From the NCBI GenBank assembly GCA_964425625.1, contig CAYRMI010000001.1:866-64865 (forward strand): a stretch of 64,000 nucleotides of DNA. Direction: 5' to 3'. The first letter of the stretch is position 1. Each line of letters opens with the position of its first letter. A model generated the notes under the pieces. That model made no database searches. It saw only the letters and a program-made list of their open reading frames with translations, and was not told the DNA's origin. This document shows, piece by piece, positions 10,445-18,739 of this stretch. Made by a program: the position numbers and the translations under genes. This DNA is from an uncultured Candidatus Saccharibacteria bacterium. Its GTDB lineage: Bacteria; Patescibacteriota; Minisyncoccia; Phycocordibacterales; UBA918.

Positions 10445-11044
10445 CTAATTGTATTTGTTTTCAGTGGCTTCTTCAGCCACCTGTAAGAAACTACGATACT
10501 CATCAAACACGTGGTTGAATTCCGCTAAAATGGGGCCCTCGAGCCGGTTGTTAATTATGTTGGCAACTTCTTGATAGGCTTCCAATCGTTCAGAAAAATT
10601 ACTACCGAAATCTTGAGCAAATCTTTCAGGGGCATCGTAGTAATCTTCGACAATTGTTCTAAAGTTATGAATCTTGTCGGCCGCCGCTATCAACACAGCT
10701 TCTGTCGGACCTTTTTTAAGTTGTTTACTATAGATCGATTTCTTTTCACGCCAGGTTAGCCTTTTTTCATTGGTACTGACTGGCTCTGTGACAGCTTCAA
10801 TAAATTCACGCACTCTACCACCGAAATCCTCTTGGATTTCATCTAGTGTATAGTCAGTGTCTTCAACTGTATCATGAAGCAAACCGGCAATAACCACGTC
10901 TTCATCATCGGTGTAATCAAGTAAAGTAAAGGCCGTAGCCACTAGGTGTGTAATATAAGGGAAAGGCATCGATCCCTTCCTAAGCTGATCTTTATGAAGC
11001 ACAGCAGCAGCGCGTATTGCCTGTTCAACTCGATATGAGTACAT
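10445..11044 (-). CDS. HD-domain small alarmone hydrolase-like (Mesh1/SAH) protein
   Basis: H-x-x-Q-x-RK...PYITH, LLHDTVEDT, ADKIHN. Confidence 0.85.
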   Translation of the reverse strand: MYSYRVEQAIRAAAVLHKDQLRKGSMPFPYITHLVATAFTLLDYTDDEDVVIAGLLHDTVEDTDYTLDEIQEDFGGRVREFIEAVTEPVSTNEKRLTWREKKSIYSKQLKKGPTEAVLIAAADKIHNFRTIVEDYYDAPERFAQDFGSNFSERLEAYQEVANIINNRLEGPILAEFNHVFDEYRSFLQVAEEATENKYN

Positions 11045-11134
11045 ATGTAACTAGTGTAGCACCTAGAACCTTGTCAGCAAATGCCAATGGCGTTGAGTCT
11101 AAAGTATATCTAAAGATTAGTCATCAGAATAACC

Positions 11135-11434
11135 TTAGTTAGCCTTGATTGCCTTATTACCATCGGAACATATTGGTCCCACAAAATAAGCATGGGTATT
11201 ACGTTCATCTCTTGGAATGTATGTCCAGAGGTTGTCACTCTGGCATTTATATTTAGTGCAAGCCTTTACAATTTTGTCACCACTCGGCACAACTCCGCAT
11301 GTACTCATCGTCTTCATCACTGTAAAGAAATATATTATAGATATAACTATAATAGTTAAAACGAAAGTAATTATTAAGAAAATTTTTGAATGAAAAATCT
11401 TTGACATATAACCAAGCTTACCATAATTCCTCAA
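11135..11434 (-). CDS. Hypothetical membrane-anchored Cys-containing protein
   Basis: N-terminal TM helix followed by a small domain with four Cys; start uncertain. Confidence 0.55.
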   Translation of the reverse strand: MRNYGKLGYMSKIFHSKIFLIITFVLTIIVISIIYFFTVMKTMSTCGVVPSGDKIVKACTKYKCQSDNLWTYIPRDERNTHAYFVGPICSDGNKAIKAN

Positions 11435-11460
11435 TGTAATATCTTAGTATTTAGTTTTAT

Positions 11461-11754
11461 TTATCTTTTATCACATATAATCCAGCCTTCTTTAGTCAAA
11501 ATTTTAAGTTTAGTTAGTTCTCCGCCACGGTTGTATCCACCAACTTTACCATCGCTTCTAATTACTCGATGACAAGGTATGGCAGGATTATAATTTTTTC
11601 TCATTATAGTTGCCACGGTTCGGAAAGCCTTTTCGTTTCCAGCCAATCTAGCCACTTCTTTATATGTCATCACTTGTCCTTTGGGAATTTTGGCAACTAT
11701 CGCTTTCACCTGGTCACTAAATTTAGCGCTGATATTTTCATTATTTGTTGGCAT
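11461..11754 (-). CDS. Single-domain O6-alkylguanine-DNA alkyltransferase (MGMT family)
   Basis: IPKGQVMTYKEVA and active-site IPCHRVIRSDG; start reassigned to MPTNN (11754). Confidence 0.9.
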   Translation of the reverse strand: MPTNNENISAKFSDQVKAIVAKIPKGQVMTYKEVARLAGNEKAFRTVATIMRKNYNPAIPCHRVIRSDGKVGGYNRGGELTKLKILTKEGWIICDKR

Positions 11755-12520
11755 GATAGATGGCTTGAAGTTTTTTTCCGCAAGCTTCACGATAAGGACA
11801 AAATTCGCACTGCTCTCCAATACCCGGTAAGGTGTCATTATTCAAACAATCTTTGATTTTGTGCAGCGTTGGCAAAATCCAACTAGTATCAGTTTTGACT
11901 GTGACTAAAGTTGTTTCAAAAATAAGTTTGTCATCGAAAGCATCGAGGTCTTTGCTAGCGTTGGCATAGACTAAGTACCCGGTCTCTTCCACCGTGAAGC
12001 CTATCATCTCTAGAAGCCAACGATACACTCCGAGCTGTCTCGTGTATTGCTGATCCCATGGGCTGTCACTGAGTTCGGTAATAGAGCCATCTTTAGAAGT
12101 AGCTTTGTAATCGACGATGATTAGCTTATTCTCCGGGGTGACCCAAATATCATCAACACCACCAGAAATTACTAAGTTAGTTTCGGTCTCCTTATACTCA
12201 ATACCTATGAACGGATCTCGCCAACTAGTCATTCGCTTGTCAGCCAAAGGAACGGCATCTATCTTGTATTTAGTCATAATCGGATGCGGGGTAGCATTTT
12301 GCCGATGGATATCAAATTCCTTCTTGAACAATTCATCAACTGCAATATTTAAATTGAATGATGGAAATGAAGGTCGTTTTGTTCCTAGTTTGTTATCAAG
12401 GTAAAAGCAACGTGGACACTCGAGAAAAAAATCAATTTTTGAGCGAGAAAGGCGCCATTTGGATCCACCGTAGTTCCATTCAGCACTACGGTTAGGATTG
12501 TATTTTTTAAATTCTGCCAT
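11741..12520 (-). CDS. PD-(D/E)XK nuclease (Cas4/AddB-like) with Cys cluster
   Basis: LSRSKI..CPRCFY, GGVDD, IVDYKAT, QLGVY, C-terminal CEFCPYREAC. Confidence 0.85.
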   Translation of the reverse strand: MAEFKKYNPNRSAEWNYGGSKWRLSRSKIDFFLECPRCFYLDNKLGTKRPSFPSFNLNIAVDELFKKEFDIHRQNATPHPIMTKYKIDAVPLADKRMTSWRDPFIGIEYKETETNLVISGGVDDIWVTPENKLIIVDYKATSKDGSITELSDSPWDQQYTRQLGVYRWLLEMIGFTVEETGYLVYANASKDLDAFDDKLIFETTLVTVKTDTSWILPTLHKIKDCLNNDTLPGIGEQCEFCPYREACGKKLQAIYHANK

Positions 12521-12558
12521 AATCAAGTAATTATAACATTAAGTCTATCCCTAAAAGA

Positions 12559-12591
12559 AGAAATGCCCCGGCCAAAGGCTGGGGCATTTCT
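12559..12591 (-). terminator. Intrinsic terminator-like hairpin
   Basis: agaaatgccccggcc-aaa-ggctggggcatttct downstream of the 12609 ORF. Confidence 0.7.
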
Positions 12592-12608
12592 CTAAACAAT
12601 CTACGGTC

Positions 12609-13157
12609 TTATTTTGCTGTGAAGGTAGAGAAGATAGTGTCAATCTGTACGTCTTCCGCCAAATTAAATTGCCGATCACCATTTTCTTGGTAAACAACTA
12701 TGGCATACTCTCGACCAGCGGTAGTTGGTCGCTGGAGAACAATGGCGTTTGGTACTAAACCTTGTTCTTCACTAAAGCGAACAACACCTAGTAAAGCACC
12801 AAGTTTCTCCCCTTCATAATCGCGAACACCAACCCAACCTTCGCTAACTGGATAAGTGGCTGAAGAAAGAGCGATAGATGCACTGGCTACTTGGTCAATC
12901 ACACTTATCTTGCCGGCTCCAACTGGTAGAACTGGCTTTGTGACTTCGGCCACTGGTTCTGATTCTTCTTTGTCCTGATCATCTACTTTCGTATCTTTAA
13001 CTTCTGTTACTTCTTCAGATTTACTATCGTCTGTCTTATCTTCTGGAGCCATCTCTTCAGATGGACCGGAAAATGCCCACACTAGCAGTCCACCGATAAG
13101 AAGTCCTACTACGAATGAAACTACTGTCTTCTGTCCCTCTTGTTTTTCTTCTGCCAT
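12609..13157 (-). CDS. Hypothetical membrane-anchored extracellular protein
   Basis: TM helix, acidic linker, beta-rich C-terminal domain; start taken at MAEEKQ. Confidence 0.75.
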   Translation of the reverse strand: MAEEKQEGQKTVVSFVVGLLIGGLLVWAFSGPSEEMAPEDKTDDSKSEEVTEVKDTKVDDQDKEESEPVAEVTKPVLPVGAGKISVIDQVASASIALSSATYPVSEGWVGVRDYEGEKLGALLGVVRFSEEQGLVPNAIVLQRPTTAGREYAIVVYQENGDRQFNLAEDVQIDTIFSTFTAK

Positions 13158-13233
13158 ATGCTTGTTTGAATTGCTGAATTGTTGTAATAGTTTTGATTTT
13201 ACCACAATGGCCAAGCTGGTATCTATTGACAGA

Positions 13234-14085
13234 TTAGTGATTATGCGCGGTTATATTGCCGGCTATAATAGCCTCGGCTTCAGCAATGATACTTTCTTGC
13301 TTCCTTTGCGATATATGTAAATACCTAAGGACATACTTATTTTCAACCAAATCATGGCAGACGATGATACCTCGTTCAATCAAAATCGTGGTTTGACTAG
13401 GTGTTAAGTTTTGCAAAACAGTGATTGGATACAGTCGATAGCGTTGTAAGCGGTCATAAAGGTTGTCGTGTTTTGGATAATCCCAACTGAGTAGGTTTAC
13501 CCCGACACATTTACTATAACGCAAGGCTGCTGAGGTGAACTTCGTATTGGTGATAAGCCAGAACTCCTTTATGGAGCATAGATCGTCTTTACAGATACGA
13601 TTATTACGAAGGTCCAGTAGTCGGGCGTAGGAATACATGGCAACTTGGAGGTCAGTTTTTATGCCCGGACGAGCATGAAATTTGGCTTCACCGACAAAAC
13701 TATGGGTTGTGTTGTAGGCAGCTACATCGATTTCATGTTCGGCACAATGTCCAGGAATAATAATACCTGTCTCGACTTTGTAGCCTTCAGCTGTAAATAA
13801 CCTACCGAGTAGTAGCTCAAAAGGAAAACCAGTCGGTCCAATACCAAACAAGGCTCGCCTCAGCGAGTACCGAGCAGCGGTTGGTAGTTCACGCTCACGG
13901 AGTAAGGTAAAGGCTCGTCGGTAAATTTCCTGGGTAGTCATGCCATCATAGAGCTCTGTCTGGATCTGCATTACTACCTCGTTTACTTCAATTGGTGATG
14001 CCCCAGCTCGTCGCAAAGAACGGCGTAGTTTTTCAATTTTGAAATATTCAGTGCTACCATCGGCCTTAGTTACTTGAACATGCAT
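13234..14085 (-). CDS. ATP-cone plus restriction endonuclease-like (Mrr-type) protein
   Basis: N-terminal VTKADGSTEYFKIEKLRRSL ATP-cone; GFPFE, EIDV, EAKFH, ITNTKFT; start overlaps mnmA stop (TGATG). Confidence 0.85.
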   Translation of the reverse strand: MHVQVTKADGSTEYFKIEKLRRSLRRAGASPIEVNEVVMQIQTELYDGMTTQEIYRRAFTLLRERELPTAARYSLRRALFGIGPTGFPFELLLGRLFTAEGYKVETGIIIPGHCAEHEIDVAAYNTTHSFVGEAKFHARPGIKTDLQVAMYSYARLLDLRNNRICKDDLCSIKEFWLITNTKFTSAALRYSKCVGVNLLSWDYPKHDNLYDRLQRYRLYPITVLQNLTPSQTTILIERGIIVCHDLVENKYVLRYLHISQRKQESIIAEAEAIIAGNITAHNH

Positions 14086-15146
14086 CAAACTATAATACCA
14101 CCACCAAGGCATTCACTACCGCTATATAATACACATGACTGACCGATGGCGACGGCTTCAGTTTCGCCGATTACTTTAAGTTCGAGCTTCTGCTCACTTT
14201 GATTTTCTATTTGCACTTTAAACGGAGTCTGTCGGTAACGAGATTGTACTTCAATAGGTTCACTATTTTGGATTTCTCGCCGTAAAATTATTTTATCCAA
14301 TTTAATTAGAGCATTTGAAGGATTGGTCGGCTTTCTGGTGCTAACAACGACAATATTTTTTTCAATATCCTTGCTAATTACGTAATACGGCAAACGGTCT
14401 TCTACCTGAGTATTAATAGATAGCCCATGACGTTGTCCGACGGTATAGATAAGGGCGCCCTGGTGAGAACCAATTTTGTTACCTATCTCGTCTATTACTG
14501 CACCTGATTCTAGCGTTACGTAATGAGAAAGAAATTCCTTTATATCGATGTGTCCGAGAAAGCAGACACCTTGACTATCTTTCTTTAGAGCGGTCGGAAT
14601 TTTTGCTTCCGCTGCTTCAGCCCTGATAGTATGCTTGATAGTGTCACCGATCGGTAGCAGTGTGTAACTAAGTTGCTCGGGAGTTAGGGTCCATAAAAAG
14701 TAACTTTGATCTTTACCTGGATCTATACCTCGATGTAGCGCTGCTATTCCTTGATTTTCAATCCGACGGGCGTAATGTCCGGTCGCAATATAGTCTGCTC
14801 CATGAGCTTTAGAAAACTTCATAAACGCCCCGAATTTGACGTGTTTATTACACATAACATCAGGATTAGGGGTTCGACCAGCTAAGTATTCAGAAATAAA
14901 ATACTGAGCCACGTCATCTCGGTATTCTTTTTCTGCGTCACAGGTCAGAAACGGAATATTCAAATGAGCTGCTACCCGCATAGCATCAAGTCGTTCAGCT
15001 TCCCAATTACACTGTAGCCAATCAGGATGCCAAACCTTGATAAACACTCCAGTTACATCAAAACCACGCTGCCTAAGGCGTAAAGCAGCCACGGATGAGT
15101 CTACCCCACCGGATAGACCGACGAAGACTTTTGGTGCGGATTTCAC
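14085..15146 (-). CDS. mnmA: tRNA 2-thiouridylase
   Basis: SGGVDSSV, TPNPDVMCN, ATGHYA, KDQSYFL, DSQGVCF. Confidence 0.97.
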   Translation of the reverse strand: MKSAPKVFVGLSGGVDSSVAALRLRQRGFDVTGVFIKVWHPDWLQCNWEAERLDAMRVAAHLNIPFLTCDAEKEYRDDVAQYFISEYLAGRTPNPDVMCNKHVKFGAFMKFSKAHGADYIATGHYARRIENQGIAALHRGIDPGKDQSYFLWTLTPEQLSYTLLPIGDTIKHTIRAEAAEAKIPTALKKDSQGVCFLGHIDIKEFLSHYVTLESGAVIDEIGNKIGSHQGALIYTVGQRHGLSINTQVEDRLPYYVISKDIEKNIVVVSTRKPTNPSNALIKLDKIILRREIQNSEPIEVQSRYRQTPFKVQIENQSEQKLELKVIGETEAVAIGQSCVLYSGSECLGGGIIV

Positions 15147-15172
15147 TTCTTTAGGCTAACAAGCGGTTGACA

Positions 15173-16195
15173 TTAACGCAAGTACCTGGCGATATTTAAT
15201 CGGTGTTCGTCAAAGGTCTCGGCATAATAAAAATTTCCGTCATTGCCTGTTATATAAAATAGATATGATGATATTTCTGGATCTAGTACTGCTTTGATCG
15301 CTTCAAGACCAGGGTTGCCAATTGCTGTCGGCGGTAGACCAGCATTTTTATACGTGTTGTAAGGAGAGTCTTGCTCTAAGTCTTCCGGAGAAAGTTCAGA
15401 CAAAGGCTTCTCTAGTACGTATTCTAATGAGGCATCGACCTGTAAGGCCATACCAATCTTCAAGCGAGTTTGTAAAATGCCAGAAACTAGGCGCATACTC
15501 TCGACCGTGTTGGCTTCCCTCTCTACGATAGAAGCAAGAATTAAAATCTCTTCTTCAGTCAGGGTGCTTTCAGTAATGGCAGTTTTTAAAGGGGTAATTT
15601 TTTCTTGATAAGTTTTAGTCAAAAGAGTAAATAAATCTTTGGCGGTGTATGACGCTGGAAGCAGATATGTATCTGGAAAAAGTTTCCCTTCAACTGGTTT
15701 AGCTAAGGCCATGAATGTAGCTGTATCAAAATTAATCAGAACGGCTTCGGCTCGCTTAGCAATTTGATCTGATCTTTCTCCTTCAATTAAGGTCAATTTA
15801 ACAAGATCATTAGCAAAATGCCCCCGCGTCAATTCGTTGGCTAATTGTTTAGCCGAAAGTGGTTTATCAAACCGGTAGGTTGTGGCTTTTATTGTGCTGG
15901 GGTTGTGCCACCATAAAATACTAAAGTACAAAGCTAGTTCAGAGCTAGCAAAACCCTTATCTTTCATCAGCTCCGCTACGGACTTGGCACTAGAACCTGT
16001 GGTCACTGTCACAGTTTCTCCGACGGGAAAATTAGTTGGTGGGGTCAGTAGTAAAAATTTAATTGAAAAGAAAATTGCCCCAAATGAGAGAACGCCAATT
16101 ACTAAAGTCAGAAATATAGATTTTATATAGCGCTTAGGAGTTTTTTGCTCATTTTCATCTTCCGTCCAGTCGTTAGTAATTTCCGGTAAAGACAT
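15173..16195 (-). CDS. mltG: Endolytic transglycosylase MltG
   Basis: EGKLFPDTY, LASIVERE, LQVDAS, SPYNTY..GLPPTAIGNPG. Confidence 0.93.
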   Translation of the reverse strand: MSLPEITNDWTEDENEQKTPKRYIKSIFLTLVIGVLSFGAIFFSIKFLLLTPPTNFPVGETVTVTTGSSAKSVAELMKDKGFASSELALYFSILWWHNPSTIKATTYRFDKPLSAKQLANELTRGHFANDLVKLTLIEGERSDQIAKRAEAVLINFDTATFMALAKPVEGKLFPDTYLLPASYTAKDLFTLLTKTYQEKITPLKTAITESTLTEEEILILASIVEREANTVESMRLVSGILQTRLKIGMALQVDASLEYVLEKPLSELSPEDLEQDSPYNTYKNAGLPPTAIGNPGLEAIKAVLDPEISSYLFYITGNDGNFYYAETFDEHRLNIARYLR

Positions 16196-16200
16196 ATTGT

Positions 16201-17550
16201 TTAAATTCGCATGGCCGTGCCAGTTGGCAGATTGGACGGAGCTTCTTTTCTCGTTGACATAATACGTGGTAGACCAGGCGTCATCACTGAACTACCTGGG
16301 ATATGGAACATAGTGGCCAATTCCTCGACCGAGAAGACTTTTGGGGCATCAACAGAAGTGCCATTAACTTTATTTTTCAGATCGATGTTGTAGACGCGAT
16401 TTTTTTGGTCGGCTAGCTCACGCTTTTTCAGAGCCAATTTTCTTTTACCGGAACGGTCAGAGAGCCAGTTATAATCAAAATCAGTACGCCAACGAACACC
16501 AATACCGTTTCTACCAATCACATCATATTGAGCGAAAGACCGGATAGTGGGTGAAATGAAATCCCCATCAAACTTTCCCTTTTCCGTTATATACATCCAA
16601 CGAATTCCAACCTCATAAGCGTACTTACTGACATTGCGTTCGATCGCGGCGATTACATCTCTTTCTCCCATAGTGAGCATCGGGGCTCTTTCGTAAGCCT
16701 CTTCTGGATCAGCTGGCGCTCGCTGATCGCGCTTGAGCATTTCATTGATTTTTGCAGAAGCTTTTTTATCCCACGTGGGGCCTTCGTGTATATTACCATT
16801 CTTGAATGTCTTCTTCATATGAGGGACACAGAGAAATTGTACCCAGATTCGCTCATGCGGTTTGGCCTTTCCTAGTTGTTCCAGCATGGCAGCCATTGGT
16901 TCAAATTTTTCTTCCTCTTTAGGAATTTTATCAAGACCAAAATCAATGTAGGTCCGCACGGGAAATATTTCTTCTTCTTTTTTACCCATGTGAAAAGACA
17001 TGTATTCATACTTGTTTGGATCCCAAACAATCTCATCGGTATAGTCGTGTGGTTCTTCGGTTACTTCTATACCAGGATAATGCGCATAGAGCTGTGCTTC
17101 TACTGCGTTTTTTGTCTTCTTGGTCGGTACATTGACATAAAATCTTACTTCCCCGCCAGTTGAAACTAGTTCTAGGCTAAAAACCAATGGGTACTTTCCA
17201 TCTATCCATGACTGCATCAAGTTATCCGGTGAATTTACGTTATGAATTTGCGTCAGCACACCTTCCATAGCTTCCGGTGACTTGAAAACTTCCTGTGGTA
17301 GATGAATTCTAAGTGTTGTACGTCCTTGGTTAAGAGCGAACTTAAGTCGGACAAAGTAGAACCACTTTTCATAAAGAATGTAGAACAAGGTAAAAGGTAG
17401 CCAGATAGGAGTCAGTGCAATCATGATGGAGACTACAGGCTCGATGTTTACGTTCATCAGGCTGAGGAGCTTGTACATCATGAAGAAACCAGTTAAAACG
17501 AAAACTGGTCCCACTAGACCACCACCAATAAGTTTAACTAAATCACCCAT
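16201..17550 (-). CDS. Conserved hypothetical membrane protein resembling the N-terminal region of CPR secretion/coupling-type proteins
   Basis: Two N-terminal TMs; KSPEAME, FSLELVS, AHYPGIEV, EELATMFHIP motifs; no Walker A. Confidence 0.6.
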   Translation of the reverse strand: MGDLVKLIGGGLVGPVFVLTGFFMMYKLLSLMNVNIEPVVSIMIALTPIWLPFTLFYILYEKWFYFVRLKFALNQGRTTLRIHLPQEVFKSPEAMEGVLTQIHNVNSPDNLMQSWIDGKYPLVFSLELVSTGGEVRFYVNVPTKKTKNAVEAQLYAHYPGIEVTEEPHDYTDEIVWDPNKYEYMSFHMGKKEEEIFPVRTYIDFGLDKIPKEEEKFEPMAAMLEQLGKAKPHERIWVQFLCVPHMKKTFKNGNIHEGPTWDKKASAKINEMLKRDQRAPADPEEAYERAPMLTMGERDVIAAIERNVSKYAYEVGIRWMYITEKGKFDGDFISPTIRSFAQYDVIGRNGIGVRWRTDFDYNWLSDRSGKRKLALKKRELADQKNRVYNIDLKNKVNGTSVDAPKVFSVEELATMFHIPGSSVMTPGLPRIMSTRKEAPSNLPTGTAMRI

Positions 17551-17619
17551 GTGCTAACTATTGTACTACACAAAAACACAGAGGCACTGAGACCATCTGT
17601 GTTTTATGTGAGTACCGAA

Positions 17620-18645
17620 TTATTCGGTTAGTGTGTAGGCACCATTGCTGAGGCGGCGGAAGAGATTTTGGTCTTGCAGATTTACAATAATAGTATTGTC
17701 TTTCACGTAACGTTCCTTGCGTACTTTATCAATTATTTCCTCTCTTGAGAGGGGGCCTTCTTTGGCTAGAATTTCTCGCAAGACATCTTTTACTACCCCG
17801 GCTGTGTAACCCCATTCAGTTAGCGCATAGAGACCCCGACCGACCAGAACGAAACGTTGGTCTTTAATAAGTTCGTTATGAGTAGTAGCAACGTGAGCAT
17901 TGTGATTGAAAAGTTTATTGATAGCACCGGCAACTTCCTTAAAGTGCATTGGTGAACCATGACGTTTTACTGCTAAGTAAGCATAGTCTCGAACACCCTT
18001 TACTTTCACATTGGGACTATCGGCTGGACCCCAGTCACCTAGAGGATTTCTTCCAATTTGCTTAGAAATGAGCAGCCAACGCTTCAGTACACCTTCGTCA
18101 TATTTTTCAGCCAGTTCAAGTAATTCACCACGGAAACGATTTAGAATCTCTTGTTCACTAATAAGTTCGTCTCGATCAAGACTACGATGAACGTTGATTA
18201 GTGCTTTTTCTACTGAGTCAGCAATCTTTCTTTCAGTAAACCAACGGTGGTTGTATTGTGGATTTTCTTTACCACGATAGAAGGGATCTCCTACCACTAG
18301 CAAGAAGTAGAGGTGGTTACGTACAATTGGGTCTGTACTTACTTCGTCTAAAAATACATGTTCGGCAATCAGACCACCACCTAGTTGGTCGATCAATTTC
18401 TGCATCTCAATAAAAAGGTCATAGTTCTTTTTGTATTCCTCAGACTTCTGGATTGATTGGATACCGTAGTTTTCAATCTGACGAACACGCTCGCGGGTGA
18501 TACCGTAAGACTGTCCAATAGCTTCCAAGGTCGAACTCTCACCGTCGGGTCCTAGACCATAACGCTTGGTGAGCACGTCTCGTGCACGTTCAGGCAGTAC
18601 GCTAAGGAGCGATTTTGTTACTTGTTTTGGTTTAAATGTAATCAT
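17620..18645 (-). CDS. Sigma-70 region 4 domain fused to two winged-helix (RNAP delta/HARE-HTH-like) domains
   Basis: RYGL..STLEAIGQSYGITRERVRQIE; PMHFKEVA..TTHNELIKDQRFVLVGRGLYAL; no sigma region 2. Confidence 0.8.
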   Translation of the reverse strand: MITFKPKQVTKSLLSVLPERARDVLTKRYGLGPDGESSTLEAIGQSYGITRERVRQIENYGIQSIQKSEEYKKNYDLFIEMQKLIDQLGGGLIAEHVFLDEVSTDPIVRNHLYFLLVVGDPFYRGKENPQYNHRWFTERKIADSVEKALINVHRSLDRDELISEQEILNRFRGELLELAEKYDEGVLKRWLLISKQIGRNPLGDWGPADSPNVKVKGVRDYAYLAVKRHGSPMHFKEVAGAINKLFNHNAHVATTHNELIKDQRFVLVGRGLYALTEWGYTAGVVKDVLREILAKEGPLSREEIIDKVRKERYVKDNTIIVNLQDQNLFRRLSNGAYTLTE

Positions 18646-18739
18646 AGAATTAAAATTTCCGGCAAAAATTTCCTCAATGCGTAGCCATATTTATAACATG
18701 AGTAATAAATAAGGTCAAATCCTAAAGTGGATAGTATAG

